Assembly: GCA_029259115.1 (NCBI GenBank)
Contig: JAPDJO010000002.1
Location: 27,937 to 51,936 of the forward strand
Source: Thermoplasmatota archaeon
GTDB lineage: Archaea; Thermoplasmatota; E2; DHVEG-1; B18-G2
DNA length: 24,000 nt
Direction of reading: 5' to 3'
In this document: positions 1 to 7,781 of the stretch, in pieces
Layout of the letters: each line of letters starts with the position of its first letter
Numbering within the stretch: the stretch's first letter is position 1
Notes under the pieces: generated by a model
Told to the model about the DNA's origin: nothing
Databases searched by the model: none
The model's input: the letters and a program-made list of their open reading frames with translations, nothing else
Translations under genes and position numbers: made by a program

Positions 1-328
1 GAGCGAGAGATGAGCTTACATTTTGAGATAGAACGGGATTCATCTTGAAGCTGGGCTCTATCTCTCCAGTATGCAGATATGTACCCAATCTAGATCCTAG
101 AGATGCGAATATATTTCCTCTCATTCCTATGGTTGGAGGAATGAGTATCAATAAAGCAGGAAGCATCTTCAAGTGGCCTGTAAAAGTACCTATCACAATC
201 CCAGTAATCAGATCTCCAACGGTGCATAAAAATAATGAGAATAAACTTTCAAAAAAATCTCTACCAAATATACTTCGGGCTATGGAGATGGCTGGAATAG
301 AGATCGAAATCTTCTTTACCATCTCCAT
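1..328 (-). CDS. MgtE-domain (SLC41-like) divalent-cation transporter family protein; only the 5' part is present because the gene runs off the left edge
   Basis: Absent from the ORF track because the window edge truncates it. My translation of the minus strand from ATG 328-326 gives MEMVKKISISIPAISIARSIFGRDFFESLFSLFLCTVGDLITGIVIGTFTGHLKMLPALLILIPPTIGMRGNIFASLGSRLGTYLHTGEIEP... This shows hydrophobic helices and the IPPxxGMxGN / GSRL pattern typical of MgtE membrane domains. An in-frame stop at 356-358 lies just upstream of the ATG. Confidence 0.55.
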   Translation of the reverse strand, partial: MEMVKKISISIPAISIARSIFGRDFFESLFSLFLCTVGDLITGIVIGTFTGHLKMLPALLILIPPTIGMRGNIFASLGSRLGTYLHTGEIEPSFKMNPVLSQNVSSSLA

Positions 329-455
329 AGCATCCCTGCCTTGGATTATCTGCGATTAGCATTCTATTAGGCGGTCTATCACTATCTCCTTTCATAGGCC
401 TTTAACCGCTCCTTTTTAAAAGTAAGAAATAAAGCCTTTATATAGGTTTTTAAAT

Positions 456-1361
456 TTAAGAGAACTCTTTCCTAAACTTCTCCCACATCTCATCTACATG
501 CCTTTGAAACTTCTTTATCCTCTCTTCATCTTTTTTCGGTTTGAAAAGATGAGCAAATCTCCCCTGAAGTTTGAGCCATTCTTCTACGGGTTTCCTCTTA
601 AATTTCCCCTCAAATATTGCCTTGCTTATGCCATTAAATGTCATTTTTCCATTTTCATATTCGTATAGAGGCCATACTCCGGTCTCTACTGCTAATCTTC
701 CCATCTCTATTGTTCTATCCATGCTAAATCTCCATCCAGGAGGACAAGGAGCTAGAATCTCTATGTATTTAGATCCTCTGATCTCTTTTGCCTTACTCAC
801 TTTTCTATAAAGATCTTCAGGGTAGCTAATACACGCTGTTGCTACATAGGGGATATTATGAGCCCTGACTATCGCTCCCATATCCTTTTGAAATTCTCTT
901 TTCCCTCCGACTGTTGTTGTTGTCCATGCACCATAAGGAGTGGCCCCACTTCTCTGTATGCCTGTATTTGAGTATATCTGGTTGTTGTAGCATATGTATA
1001 TAAAGTCTGTTTCTCTTTCAAAAGCACCAGACATTGCCTGTATACCTATGTCATAAGTTCCTCCATCTCCAGCCCAGACAACAACATTAATATTTTTCTT
1101 GCCTTGTTTTTTCAAAGCAGAGGTTATACCACTGGCTGCGGCAGCAGAAGCTGCGAATGCTATGTTTAGGAGAGGCACATTAAAAGAACTACTTGGATAC
1201 CAGCTTTCTATGACTGCTGTACAGCATGCAGGAACAACAAGTATCGTATCTTTCCCGAGAGCCTTTAAAACTATTCTTAATCCAATGGTAGCGGGACATC
1301 CGGGACATGCTGCACTACCTGGTAAAACATACTCCTCTTTTGGTAAATCCTTTAAAGCCAT
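456..1361 (-). CDS. porB: Pyruvate/2-oxoacid:ferredoxin oxidoreductase, beta (TPP-binding) subunit
   Basis: 301 aa. It has the N-terminal CPGCP cysteine motif and the GDGGTYDIG thiamine-diphosphate binding motif, and is the last gene of a gamma-delta-alpha-beta cluster. Substrate (pyruvate versus another 2-oxoacid) cannot be decided from sequence alone. Confidence 0.9.
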   Translation of the reverse strand: MALKDLPKEEYVLPGSAACPGCPATIGLRIVLKALGKDTILVVPACCTAVIESWYPSSSFNVPLLNIAFAASAAAASGITSALKKQGKKNINVVVWAGDGGTYDIGIQAMSGAFERETDFIYICYNNQIYSNTGIQRSGATPYGAWTTTTVGGKREFQKDMGAIVRAHNIPYVATACISYPEDLYRKVSKAKEIRGSKYIEILAPCPPGWRFSMDRTIEMGRLAVETGVWPLYEYENGKMTFNGISKAIFEGKFKRKPVEEWLKLQGRFAHLFKPKKDEERIKKFQRHVDEMWEKFRKEFS

Positions 1362-1362
1362 A

Positions 1363-2517
1363 TTATCCCTCTATTCCATACCATTCATACCCTTCATATC
1401 TATCCTCAACAACCTTCTTACACATCTTTTCTATATCTTTGAAAGTTACATCCTTTCCCCCAAGACCTGCTATAAATCCATAAACTTTTGCATCGCTAAT
1501 CCGATATAGACTAGCTTTAACCTCTGTAAAAACAGGTCCTTCCATTCCAAGAGATATGCTCCTGTCTATTACTATAAGATCACTTTCCTTTGCAAGAGAG
1601 GCAATATCTTCTACAGGGAAAGGTCTAAAAGATCTCAGTCTGGCTAATCCAATTTTTATTCCTTCCTTTCTCATCTTATCTATAGCAACCTTACTTTCAG
1701 CTCCTAGGGCTGCATAGGATATCAAGATATAATCTGCATCTTCACATCTGTATTTTTCTATTAAACCTCCATGATAGGTTCCAAATCTTTCCTTCCATTC
1801 CTCTGCTATCTTTGGTATGAGCTCTTTTGCTTTTTCTTGAGCCTCCTGCATAGCTTTTCTTATTTTTGGATAGTCTTTGGGCATTATGATATTTCCATGG
1901 GTAACCGGATTATCAACATCTAACAACCATTGTGGTTCTCTCTTTGGGAGGAATTCATCAATATCCTTCTCATCTGGAACCTTTACTGGCATAGAGGTGT
2001 GAGATAGAATAAAACCATCATAGCAAACCATGACAGGTAATTGAACATCTTTATGTTCAGCTAACTTGAATGCTTGTATTGTGGTATCAAAAATCTCTTG
2101 GTTGCTGGAGCAGAATATCTGTATCCAACCGGTATCTCTCTGAGCTATGGAATCATTTTGATCGCTCCATATGTTCCAGCCTGGACCTACGGCTCTATTT
2201 ACGTTCACCATAACTATTGGTAATCTAGCAAGAGCAGCCCAATGTAACATTTCATGCATGAGTAAAAGACCATGGGATGAGGTAGCTGTGAATGTTCTTG
2301 CTCCTGCCGCGCTTGCTCCTATGCATGCACTCATTGCTGAGTGTTCACTTTCTACGCATATGTAATCTCCATAAAACTCTCCCTTCTCCACGTACTCTGC
2401 AATCTTCTCCACAACTGTCGTTTGAGGTGTTATTGGATATGCTGCGACTACATCAGGTTTTGCTAACTTTGCAGCTAATGCAGCGATATGGTTACCAGTA
2501 TCTATTACAACCTTCAC
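1363..2517 (-). CDS. porA: Pyruvate/2-oxoacid:ferredoxin oxidoreductase, alpha subunit
   Basis: 384 aa with the N-terminal AAYPITPQT motif and ESEHSA motif typical of OFOR alpha subunits. It sits 1 nt from porB and overlaps porD by 4 nt. Confidence 0.9.
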   Translation of the reverse strand: MKVVIDTGNHIAALAAKLAKPDVVAAYPITPQTTVVEKIAEYVEKGEFYGDYICVESEHSAMSACIGASAAGARTFTATSSHGLLLMHEMLHWAALARLPIVMVNVNRAVGPGWNIWSDQNDSIAQRDTGWIQIFCSSNQEIFDTTIQAFKLAEHKDVQLPVMVCYDGFILSHTSMPVKVPDEKDIDEFLPKREPQWLLDVDNPVTHGNIIMPKDYPKIRKAMQEAQEKAKELIPKIAEEWKERFGTYHGGLIEKYRCEDADYILISYAALGAESKVAIDKMRKEGIKIGLARLRSFRPFPVEDIASLAKESDLIVIDRSISLGMEGPVFTEVKASLYRISDAKVYGFIAGLGGKDVTFKDIEKMCKKVVEDRYEGYEWYGIEG

Positions 2518-2783
2518 CTTCGCCCCTCCCTTTCCATAGTTATTGCATTAACCTTACACTCTCTAGCACATATCCCACAACCTTTACAGTAATCATAGTC
2601 TATTTCTATGGAATCGTCATCTAATCTTACTACAGCCCCCTCTGGACAAAATATCCAACACCTTAGACATTTAACACATCTATCTTTATCTAATACAGGT
2701 CTGAAAACTCTCCAACTTCCTGTCTTTCCCATTGCTCCTTTCTTTGGATAGGATAAAGTGGTAATCACTTCATACTTTTTCAT
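2514..2783 (-). CDS. porD: Pyruvate/2-oxoacid:ferredoxin oxidoreductase, delta subunit (2x[4Fe-4S] ferredoxin-like)
   Basis: 89 aa with two cluster motifs, CVKCLRCWIFCP and CKGCGICARECK. It overlaps both flanking por genes by 4 nt. Confidence 0.9.
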   Translation of the reverse strand: MKKYEVITTLSYPKKGAMGKTGSWRVFRPVLDKDRCVKCLRCWIFCPEGAVVRLDDDSIEIDYDYCKGCGICARECKVNAITMEREGRR

Positions 2784-3358
2784 TCACTCACCTCTGTCCT
2801 TTTGAACGCCTCCTCAGTAGCTTTTGCATTCCTCTCTCCCAAATCACCGCTCCATCTTTCCTTTATCGCCTGCTTTATAGAATCTAGAGTAACTCTATCT
2901 AAAACTCTTGGTATGGAACCCAGTATAGGTGTATTAACCACCGGTATACCTCCAACGAGAAGGTCATTTTCTATTGCTATAGCAGTGGCATCAACAGTAG
3001 CAACCTTAAACCTCTTTGAAAAATCAAAATCATCCGGTCTTTTTGTCGTGTTTATAACTATAGCTCCATTTTCTTTCAAACCGCCAATAACATCTACCAG
3101 CCCTATTATGCTCTCATCCAGAACAACAACTATGTCTGGATTGTATATTTCGCTACGAAGGTTTATCTCTCTGTCAGAAATCCTCGCAAAAGCTCTTACT
3201 GGTGCCCCCCTCCTTTCGGCTCCGAAGAAAGGAAAAGCTTGTACACCAATATTACCATCTTTAAGGGCAGCAGAAGCAAGGATGTTTGCAGCAGTTACAG
3301 CTCCTTGTCCTCCTCTACCATGAAAACAGATTTCAATCAAAGATGGTTCCTCTCCCAT
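2780..3358 (-). CDS. porG: Pyruvate/2-oxoacid:ferredoxin oxidoreductase, gamma subunit
   Basis: 192 aa with the GRGGQGAVTAANILA motif characteristic of OFOR gamma subunits. It is the first gene of the four-gene cluster. Confidence 0.9.
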   Translation of the reverse strand: MGEEPSLIEICFHGRGGQGAVTAANILASAALKDGNIGVQAFPFFGAERRGAPVRAFARISDREINLRSEIYNPDIVVVLDESIIGLVDVIGGLKENGAIVINTTKRPDDFDFSKRFKVATVDATAIAIENDLLVGGIPVVNTPILGSIPRVLDRVTLDSIKQAIKERWSGDLGERNAKATEEAFKRTEVSE

Positions 3359-3405
3359 AATAACTACCGCCGTGAGAGGTATAGTAAAGAGGATTATAAC
3401 TGTTT

Positions 3406-3696
3406 TTATTTCTCGATGCTTTCAACCTTTGATCTCATGGTAGCATCTTTGTCTCTCCTGTCATCTATTTTTATCTCGGTGATAACCCTCTTTGCACCTT
3501 TACTCAAAACAGCGTTATGAGCTTTCTTGATAACATCAAATAGTTCATCCAAACTTTTTGTCTCTACCACGGTAGCCATCGCATTAAGTTCATAATTTAG
3601 TCCACTTCTTTTGATCTCATCTAAGGCAGCTTTGACATAATCATGCACACTCACTCCAACACCTATCGGAGTGATTGAAATCTGAGCTATAATCAT
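3406..3696 (-). CDS. MTH1187/YkoF-like (UPF0045/DUF77) small thiamine-binding-fold protein
   Basis: 96 aa. The start MIIAQISITPIGVGVSVHDYVKAALDEIKRSGLNYELNAMATVVE matches the characteristic N-terminal pattern of the MTH1187 family (xxSVxPxGxGxSVSxYVAxxxxxLxxSGLxYxLxxMxTxxE). Confidence 0.75.
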   Translation of the reverse strand: MIIAQISITPIGVGVSVHDYVKAALDEIKRSGLNYELNAMATVVETKSLDELFDVIKKAHNAVLSKGAKRVITEIKIDDRRDKDATMRSKVESIEK

Positions 3697-3697
3697 T

Positions 3698-4750
3698 TTA
3701 TCCCTTCAAAACAAAAGAGTTTACGGGGTTATTTGATTTTCCCTCAATTATATCTTTTTCTTTCTTAGTAACGACAACATCTAAAAATAGTGCTCTCTCT
3801 AAACCTTCTACAGAATCTAAATTTTTCAAGCCAGTGAGATCCGTTCTGCAGAAGAAAGCCCCTTTTATTCTGGCGTTTTTAAAATTAACGCCTTTGAGAT
3901 CTGCATCAGTAAAATCTACAAATTCAAGTTCACAATCTGTAAAATCAGATTTGCTCAAATTTGCATTCTCGAAAGATATATGTTTGAGGTAAGCTTCCCT
4001 GAAGGAAGACTTTTCAATATCTGCATCTGTAAAATCAATCTTATAGAGAGAGGACTTGTCAAACCTTGCACCTTTCACACTACATCTTCCAAATATCGAA
4101 TGTGTAAATTCTACTTCCTCTAAAATTGATCCATCGAGTATTGCTTCCGAGAAGTCACTGTCTCCACACGAACATGCTAGATTGGCTTCGCTGAGATCAG
4201 CCCCTCGGAAGTCTGTTTTGAAAAATTCAACTCCCTTAAGATTTGCTTTATGAAGATTAGAATTTGCGAAGATCGTTCCGCAAAGAAAAGATTCGCTTAA
4301 ATCTGCTTCTTCCAGATCTGCTCCGCTAAAATCAGCGTTTTCCAAATTTGCTTTTATGATTTTAGCCTTGTTCAGAACAGTTTTTACAAATTTAGTTTCT
4401 TCCAAATTTGCTCTATTTAGATTTGAAAACGAGAGATCAGATTTACTAAAATCAGCACCTTTAAGATTAGCTCTGCAAAAATTTGAATTTTTCAAAGAAC
4501 AATCTAAAAAATACAGGATCTTTTCACTTTCCCATATAGAGTTGAGAGATTCAAGGTAGATATCATCTGCTTTGATTCTTTGAAATTTGCAACCATCTAT
4601 TATTAGTGGATTCGCATCTTTGACAGAACTTCTTAACACTCTATTTATTCTAGCTACATAAGGGTTTAGATCTGAATCGTCTGGAAATTCTAGGTCTAGA
4701 AAATATCGTTCTCCATCCTCCAGCCTTTTAACAAATTCGTCGATATCCAT
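3698..4750 (-). CDS. Pentapeptide-repeat protein (roughly 40 A(D/N)LXX-type repeats) with a ~90-residue non-repeat N-terminal domain
   Basis: 350 aa. Residues ~92-310 form an almost uninterrupted run of pentapeptide units (ANLKGADFSKSDLSFSNLNRANLEETKF...ADLKGVNFKNARIKGAFF). Its stop lies 1 nt from the start of the downstream MTH1187-like gene. Confidence 0.9.
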   Translation of the reverse strand: MDIDEFVKRLEDGERYFLDLEFPDDSDLNPYVARINRVLRSSVKDANPLIIDGCKFQRIKADDIYLESLNSIWESEKILYFLDCSLKNSNFCRANLKGADFSKSDLSFSNLNRANLEETKFVKTVLNKAKIIKANLENADFSGADLEEADLSESFLCGTIFANSNLHKANLKGVEFFKTDFRGADLSEANLACSCGDSDFSEAILDGSILEEVEFTHSIFGRCSVKGARFDKSSLYKIDFTDADIEKSSFREAYLKHISFENANLSKSDFTDCELEFVDFTDADLKGVNFKNARIKGAFFCRTDLTGLKNLDSVEGLERALFLDVVVTKKEKDIIEGKSNNPVNSFVLKG

Positions 4751-4837
4751 CTCTATCAGAAAACCCAGAGCAATCTAAAAAACTTTCCAGTCCAGACCGA
4801 TCAATTTATTAATTTTTACTTTATTTCCCTATAGGAG

Positions 4838-5176
4838 GTGGATGGGGTGGAGAGTGAAACACTTTCGATTCTAGAAAAAAGACCTCTAGTCGTTCATTCC
4901 TTCAGGAGGAGTAGTTTGAGAAGAAGAATCGCCGAATACCTCTACGAGATAAGTCCAAGTCCGAGTTATCCTTCTGAAATAGCTTATCATGTTAAATCTA
5001 ATCCTACCAATGTTATAGGCGCCTTGCGAGGCATGGAACCCAGGTATAGGACAGAAGAGTCTCTACTTCATTTAAACATTGTTGAGATTTGCAAAAATGA
5101 TGGTAATCTCACTTTGTACAGGCTAACAGATTTTGGGAAGAAGATAGTGTCAACTCTTAAGGAAAAGAAGATTTAG
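4838..5176 (+). CDS. Small winged-helix-turn-helix DNA-binding protein, candidate transcription regulator
   Basis: 112 aa. The pattern RRRIAEYLYEISPSPSYPSEIAYHVKSNPTNVIGALRG...SLLHLNIVEICKNDGNLTLYRLTDFGKKIV fits helix-turn-helix plus a beta-wing (xYxLTxxG). The track start GTG 4838 overlaps the GGAGG at 4834-4838. The in-frame GTG at 4847 has an 8-nt spacer and is the more likely start. Confidence 0.7.
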   Translation: MDGVESETLSILEKRPLVVHSFRRSSLRRRIAEYLYEISPSPSYPSEIAYHVKSNPTNVIGALRGMEPRYRTEESLLHLNIVEICKNDGNLTLYRLTDFGKKIVSTLKEKKI

Positions 5177-5610
5177 GTAGTTATCTCTTTGACTTTTATC
5201 ACGACATGATCTATCTTTTCAACATCTTCTCCTGTGTATATTACAATATTTGCCATAGGTCTATCTATATCCTCTTCAGCTAAGGGTATATCTGTGTGGC
5301 CTGCCGGATACTGGAAATATCTGTAAGTCTTGTATATCGAGACGTTATTCTCATCAAAGAATTCTACACTCACATTTGCGTTTACAGTTCTGTTTACCAC
5401 GTTTTTGAACCACATCGACACTCGTGCTTTAACAATCTTCCCTTTGTTTTCAATAAGATCTAATTTTCCCTTGACAAGCTGAAAAACACCACCTCCATCA
5501 AAGATAACATTGCCTGATGTGATTTTCACCTCTTCCTTTTCTTGACAGCCTGCTATTAGGGTAAGCACTAACAAAGCGCCACATGTCGTGATGATAAATT
5601 CTCTCCTCAT
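5173..5610 (-). CDS. Small secreted lipoprotein of unknown function
   Basis: 145 aa. MRREFIITTCGALLVLTLIAGC shows a basic n-region, a hydrophobic core and a lipobox-like IAGC. The mature part is beta-rich. Confidence 0.65.
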   Translation of the reverse strand: MRREFIITTCGALLVLTLIAGCQEKEEVKITSGNVIFDGGGVFQLVKGKLDLIENKGKIVKARVSMWFKNVVNRTVNANVSVEFFDENNVSIYKTYRYFQYPAGHTDIPLAEEDIDRPMANIVIYTGEDVEKIDHVVIKVKEITT

Positions 5611-5631
5611 CCAGTTTTGGAATGTAGAGAT

Positions 5632-5641
5632 TCATATAAGT
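5632..5641 (-). promoter_or_regulatory. Candidate TATA box for the lipoprotein gene (leaderless or near-leaderless transcript)
   Basis: The minus strand reads CTTATATGAA about 22-30 nt upstream of the ATG at 5610. Confidence 0.3.
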
Positions 5642-5670
5642 AGTTTATCAAATATCCTAACCAACTCACA

Positions 5671-5688
5671 TGCATATGCAGATGCATA
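5671..5688. promoter_or_regulatory. Repeated TGCATA hexamers (one pair forms the palindrome TGCATATGCA) just upstream of the arlB1 TATA box; candidate activator/operator site
   Basis: TGCATA occurs at 5671-5676 and 5683-5688, 12 bp start to start. TGCATATGCA at 5671-5680 is a perfect palindrome, giving a third copy on the minus strand. The site lies 18-35 bp upstream of the TATA-like element at 5706-5715. Confidence 0.4.
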
Positions 5689-5705
5689 TTCATCTACAGA
5701 AAAAC

Positions 5706-5715
5706 TATTTAAAAA
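5706..5715 (+). promoter_or_regulatory. Candidate TATA box of the archaellin (arlB1) promoter
   Basis: TATTTAAAAA lies 58 nt upstream of the arlB1 ATG. GGAGGG at 5747-5752 would serve as the ribosome-binding site in a short 5' UTR. Confidence 0.45.
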
Positions 5716-5763
5716 GACACTTTCTAATAACCTTGCACTCAAACTAGGAGGGATGAGTGAGAG

Positions 5764-6405
5764 ATGGTAGGGAAAAGGAAGAGATATGGAGCAATAGGTA
5801 TCGGCGCAATGATTGTCTTCATTGCAATGGTCCTAGTTGCAGGAATAGCTGCAAGCGTATTGATACAAACCAGCTCCAGATTAGAGAGCCAGGCCATGGC
5901 AACTGGGCAACAAACTACTGCAGAGGTCGCTACTGGTATATCTGTAGCAGGAATCCAAGGACATGTAAATGGAGATATCGACTATCTAGTAATAGAAGTT
6001 AGACCAAGAGCAGGTTCCAAATCCATAGATCTCTCGCAGGCTTTCATAGAGCTCTCCGATTCTAGCAAGAAACTTATACTAAAGTATGACAGCACAGAAT
6101 ATCATGCAAAGAGTGAGATAAATGGAGACGTTTTCCAGGCTGGTTTCTTCGATGGCCTCGGTGCTGAGGAATTTGGAATAATAGTTATGGAAGACGCAGA
6201 CGGCTCATGTACGGCATCAACACCAGTGATAAACAGAGGAGACAGAGTATTCTTAACAGTGAATGTTGGCAATTCTACGGGATTCAACAAATTGGGAGAG
6301 AGAACAGATGTTTGGGGAATGGTTGTACCTGAAGAAGGAGCACCAGGAGTGATCTCATTCAGAACACCAGCGGCTTACACTGAGACAGTGTATGAGTTAC
6401 AATAA
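5764..6405 (+). CDS. arlB1: Archaellin (archaeal flagellin) B1
   Basis: 213 aa. It has a class III signal peptide and the conserved hydrophobic N-terminus MVGKRKRYG|[29 protein letters not shown]. The C-terminal [14 protein letters not shown] motif is shared with the other copies. Confidence 0.92.
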   Translation: MVGKRKRYGAIGIGAMIVFIAMVLVAGIAASVLIQTSSRLESQAMATGQQTTAEVATGISVAGIQGHVNGDIDYLVIEVRPRAGSKSIDLSQAFIELSDSSKKLILKYDSTEYHAKSEINGDVFQAGFFDGLGAEEFGIIVMEDADGSCTASTPVINRGDRVFLTVNVGNSTGFNKLGERTDVWGMVVPEEGAPGVISFRTPAAYTETVYELQ

Positions 6406-6419
6406 GGAGGTGAGAAAGA

Positions 6420-7055
6420 ATGAAGATAATGAATAGAAAAAATGTTGGAGCAATAGGTATCGGCGCAATGATTGTCTTCATTGCAATGGTCTTGGTTGCA
6501 GGAATAGCTGCAAGCGTATTGATACAAACCAGCTCCAGATTAGAGAGCCAAGCCATGGCAACTGGAGAACAAACCACCGCAGAAGTAGCTACCGGTATCG
6601 CGGTAGCTAATGTAGAGGGTCATGTTTCTAGTGGAAGCATAGACAAATTAGCAATATCTGTCAGACCAAGAGCAGGCTCAAAGGATATCGATCTCAGTAC
6701 AGTTGTATTAGAACTCTCGAATTCAACAACAAAATGTGTTCTCACCTATGATAGCACCCAATTCGCGAGCACGCCTGCTGCTGCAGGCTTATTCTCGACA
6801 AGTGCATTTGGATTGACGGCTGGTGAGTTTGGAATAATAGTTCTAGAAGATGCCGATAACTCTTGTACATCATCTACACCAGTAATAAACAGAGGAGATA
6901 AAGTAGTACTAACCGTCAATGCCACCTCTACATTCAGCGGTATAGGTGTAAGAACGGATATATGGGGAAGGGTTGTACCTGAAGAAGGAGCACCTGGAAT
7001 AATATCATTCAGAACACCACCATCACTAACAGATACAGTCTACATGCTGCAATAA
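6420..7055 (+). CDS. arlB2: Archaellin B2
   Basis: 211 aa starting MKIMNRKNVG|[36 protein letters not shown] lies 8 nt upstream of the ATG. The N-terminal ~125 nt are nearly identical to arlB1. Confidence 0.92.
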   Translation: MKIMNRKNVGAIGIGAMIVFIAMVLVAGIAASVLIQTSSRLESQAMATGEQTTAEVATGIAVANVEGHVSSGSIDKLAISVRPRAGSKDIDLSTVVLELSNSTTKCVLTYDSTQFASTPAAAGLFSTSAFGLTAGEFGIIVLEDADNSCTSSTPVINRGDKVVLTVNATSTFSGIGVRTDIWGRVVPEEGAPGIISFRTPPSLTDTVYMLQ

Positions 7056-7065
7056 TCTAGATAAA

Positions 7066-7105
7066 CCCTTTCTTTCCAATATTTTTTTATTCTTTTTATC
7101 TTTTT
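7066..7105 (+). terminator. Oligo-T cluster between arlB2 and arlB3; candidate (partial) archaeal intrinsic terminator
   Basis: T7 at 7082-7088, T5 at 7093-7097 and T5 at 7101-7105, preceded by the pyrimidine-rich CCCTTTCTTTCC. Archaeal RNA polymerase terminates at oligo-T tracts. Confidence 0.4.
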
Positions 7106-7139
7106 ACTAATTGGAAAACGGAGGTGGAAGAGGAACTAA

Positions 7140-7781
7140 ATGTTTAGACTAGATTCCAGAGCTAATTCGGGTGCGATAGGTATAGGTGCTTTGATTATTT
7201 TTATAGCTATGATACTCGTGGCAGGAATAGCTGCTAGTGTTATTATACAAACAATGAATAATCTTCAGAACAGGGCTATGAGCACAGGGAGGGAAACTAT
7301 AAGAGATATTTCTGCTGGAATAGAAGTACGACAAGTTTCGGGGTATGTTGTAAATTCAAAGGTAGATCAATTAGCTATCTTTGTATCTCCAATTGTTGCC
7401 TCAGAGGATATCGATCTCTCACACACTTTTATATCTCTCTCAGATACTAACAAGAAAATCATACTATCCTATGATAGTAATATGTTCAGCAGTTCAGTAA
7501 ATAATGGAGTTTTTCAGGCACTAAACTCTAGTAACTTAACATCCTCAACTTATGGAATTGTTGTCATAAGAGATCTAGATGGTTCTTGCACAGCAACATC
7601 ACCCGTGATTAATGAAAATGATATTGTCGCTCTCATTGTAAACACAACAAAGTGCTTTTCCGGTATATCTCCAAGAACAGAAGTATCTGGAAATGTTGTT
7701 CCAGAGTATGGAGTCAGTGGAGTGATAAGTTTTGTTACCCCGCCTGCACTAATAGACAAGATCGTTGATCTTCAACCTTAG
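7140..7781 (+). CDS. arlB3: Archaellin B3 (the divergent copy)
   Basis: 213 aa starting MFRLDSRANSG|[35 protein letters not shown] at 7120-7127 lies upstream. It is more AT-rich and more divergent than B1 and B2. Confidence 0.9.
   Translation: MFRLDSRANSGAIGIGALIIFIAMILVAGIAASVIIQTMNNLQNRAMSTGRETIRDISAGIEVRQVSGYVVNSKVDQLAIFVSPIVASEDIDLSHTFISLSDTNKKIILSYDSNMFSSSVNNGVFQALNSSNLTSSTYGIVVIRDLDGSCTATSPVINENDIVALIVNTTKCFSGISPRTEVSGNVVPEYGVSGVISFVTPPALIDKIVDLQP

Noticed and set aside
45-359. 104-aa + strand ORF at the left edge
   Set aside because: Its sequence shows no protein-like pattern. The opposite strand encodes a convincing MgtE-domain membrane protein (1-328, truncated by the window edge), so the + ORF is an antisense artefact.
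360-455. TATATAAA-like element (minus strand, about 436-443) and T-rich run between porB and the MgtE-like gene, considered as a por terminator plus promoter
   Set aside because: This is plausible, but the element is ~110 nt from the first in-frame ATG of the downstream gene, and an out-of-frame short ORF intervenes. The evidence is too weak to annotate as a feature.
2802-3323. 173-aa + strand ORF antisense to porG (and similar antisense ORFs at 571-810, 1099-1509, 2171-2624)
   Set aside because: They lie entirely within well-supported por subunit genes on the opposite strand and have no recognisable motifs or ribosome-binding sites.
5757-6002. 81-aa + ORF overlapping the 5' end of arlB1 in another frame, and ORFs 6102-6290(-), 6359-6577(-), 7149-7334(-), 7550-7759(-)
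   Set aside because: All overlap archaellin genes that have unambiguous conserved N- and C-terminal signatures. None has an SD or recognisable motif.
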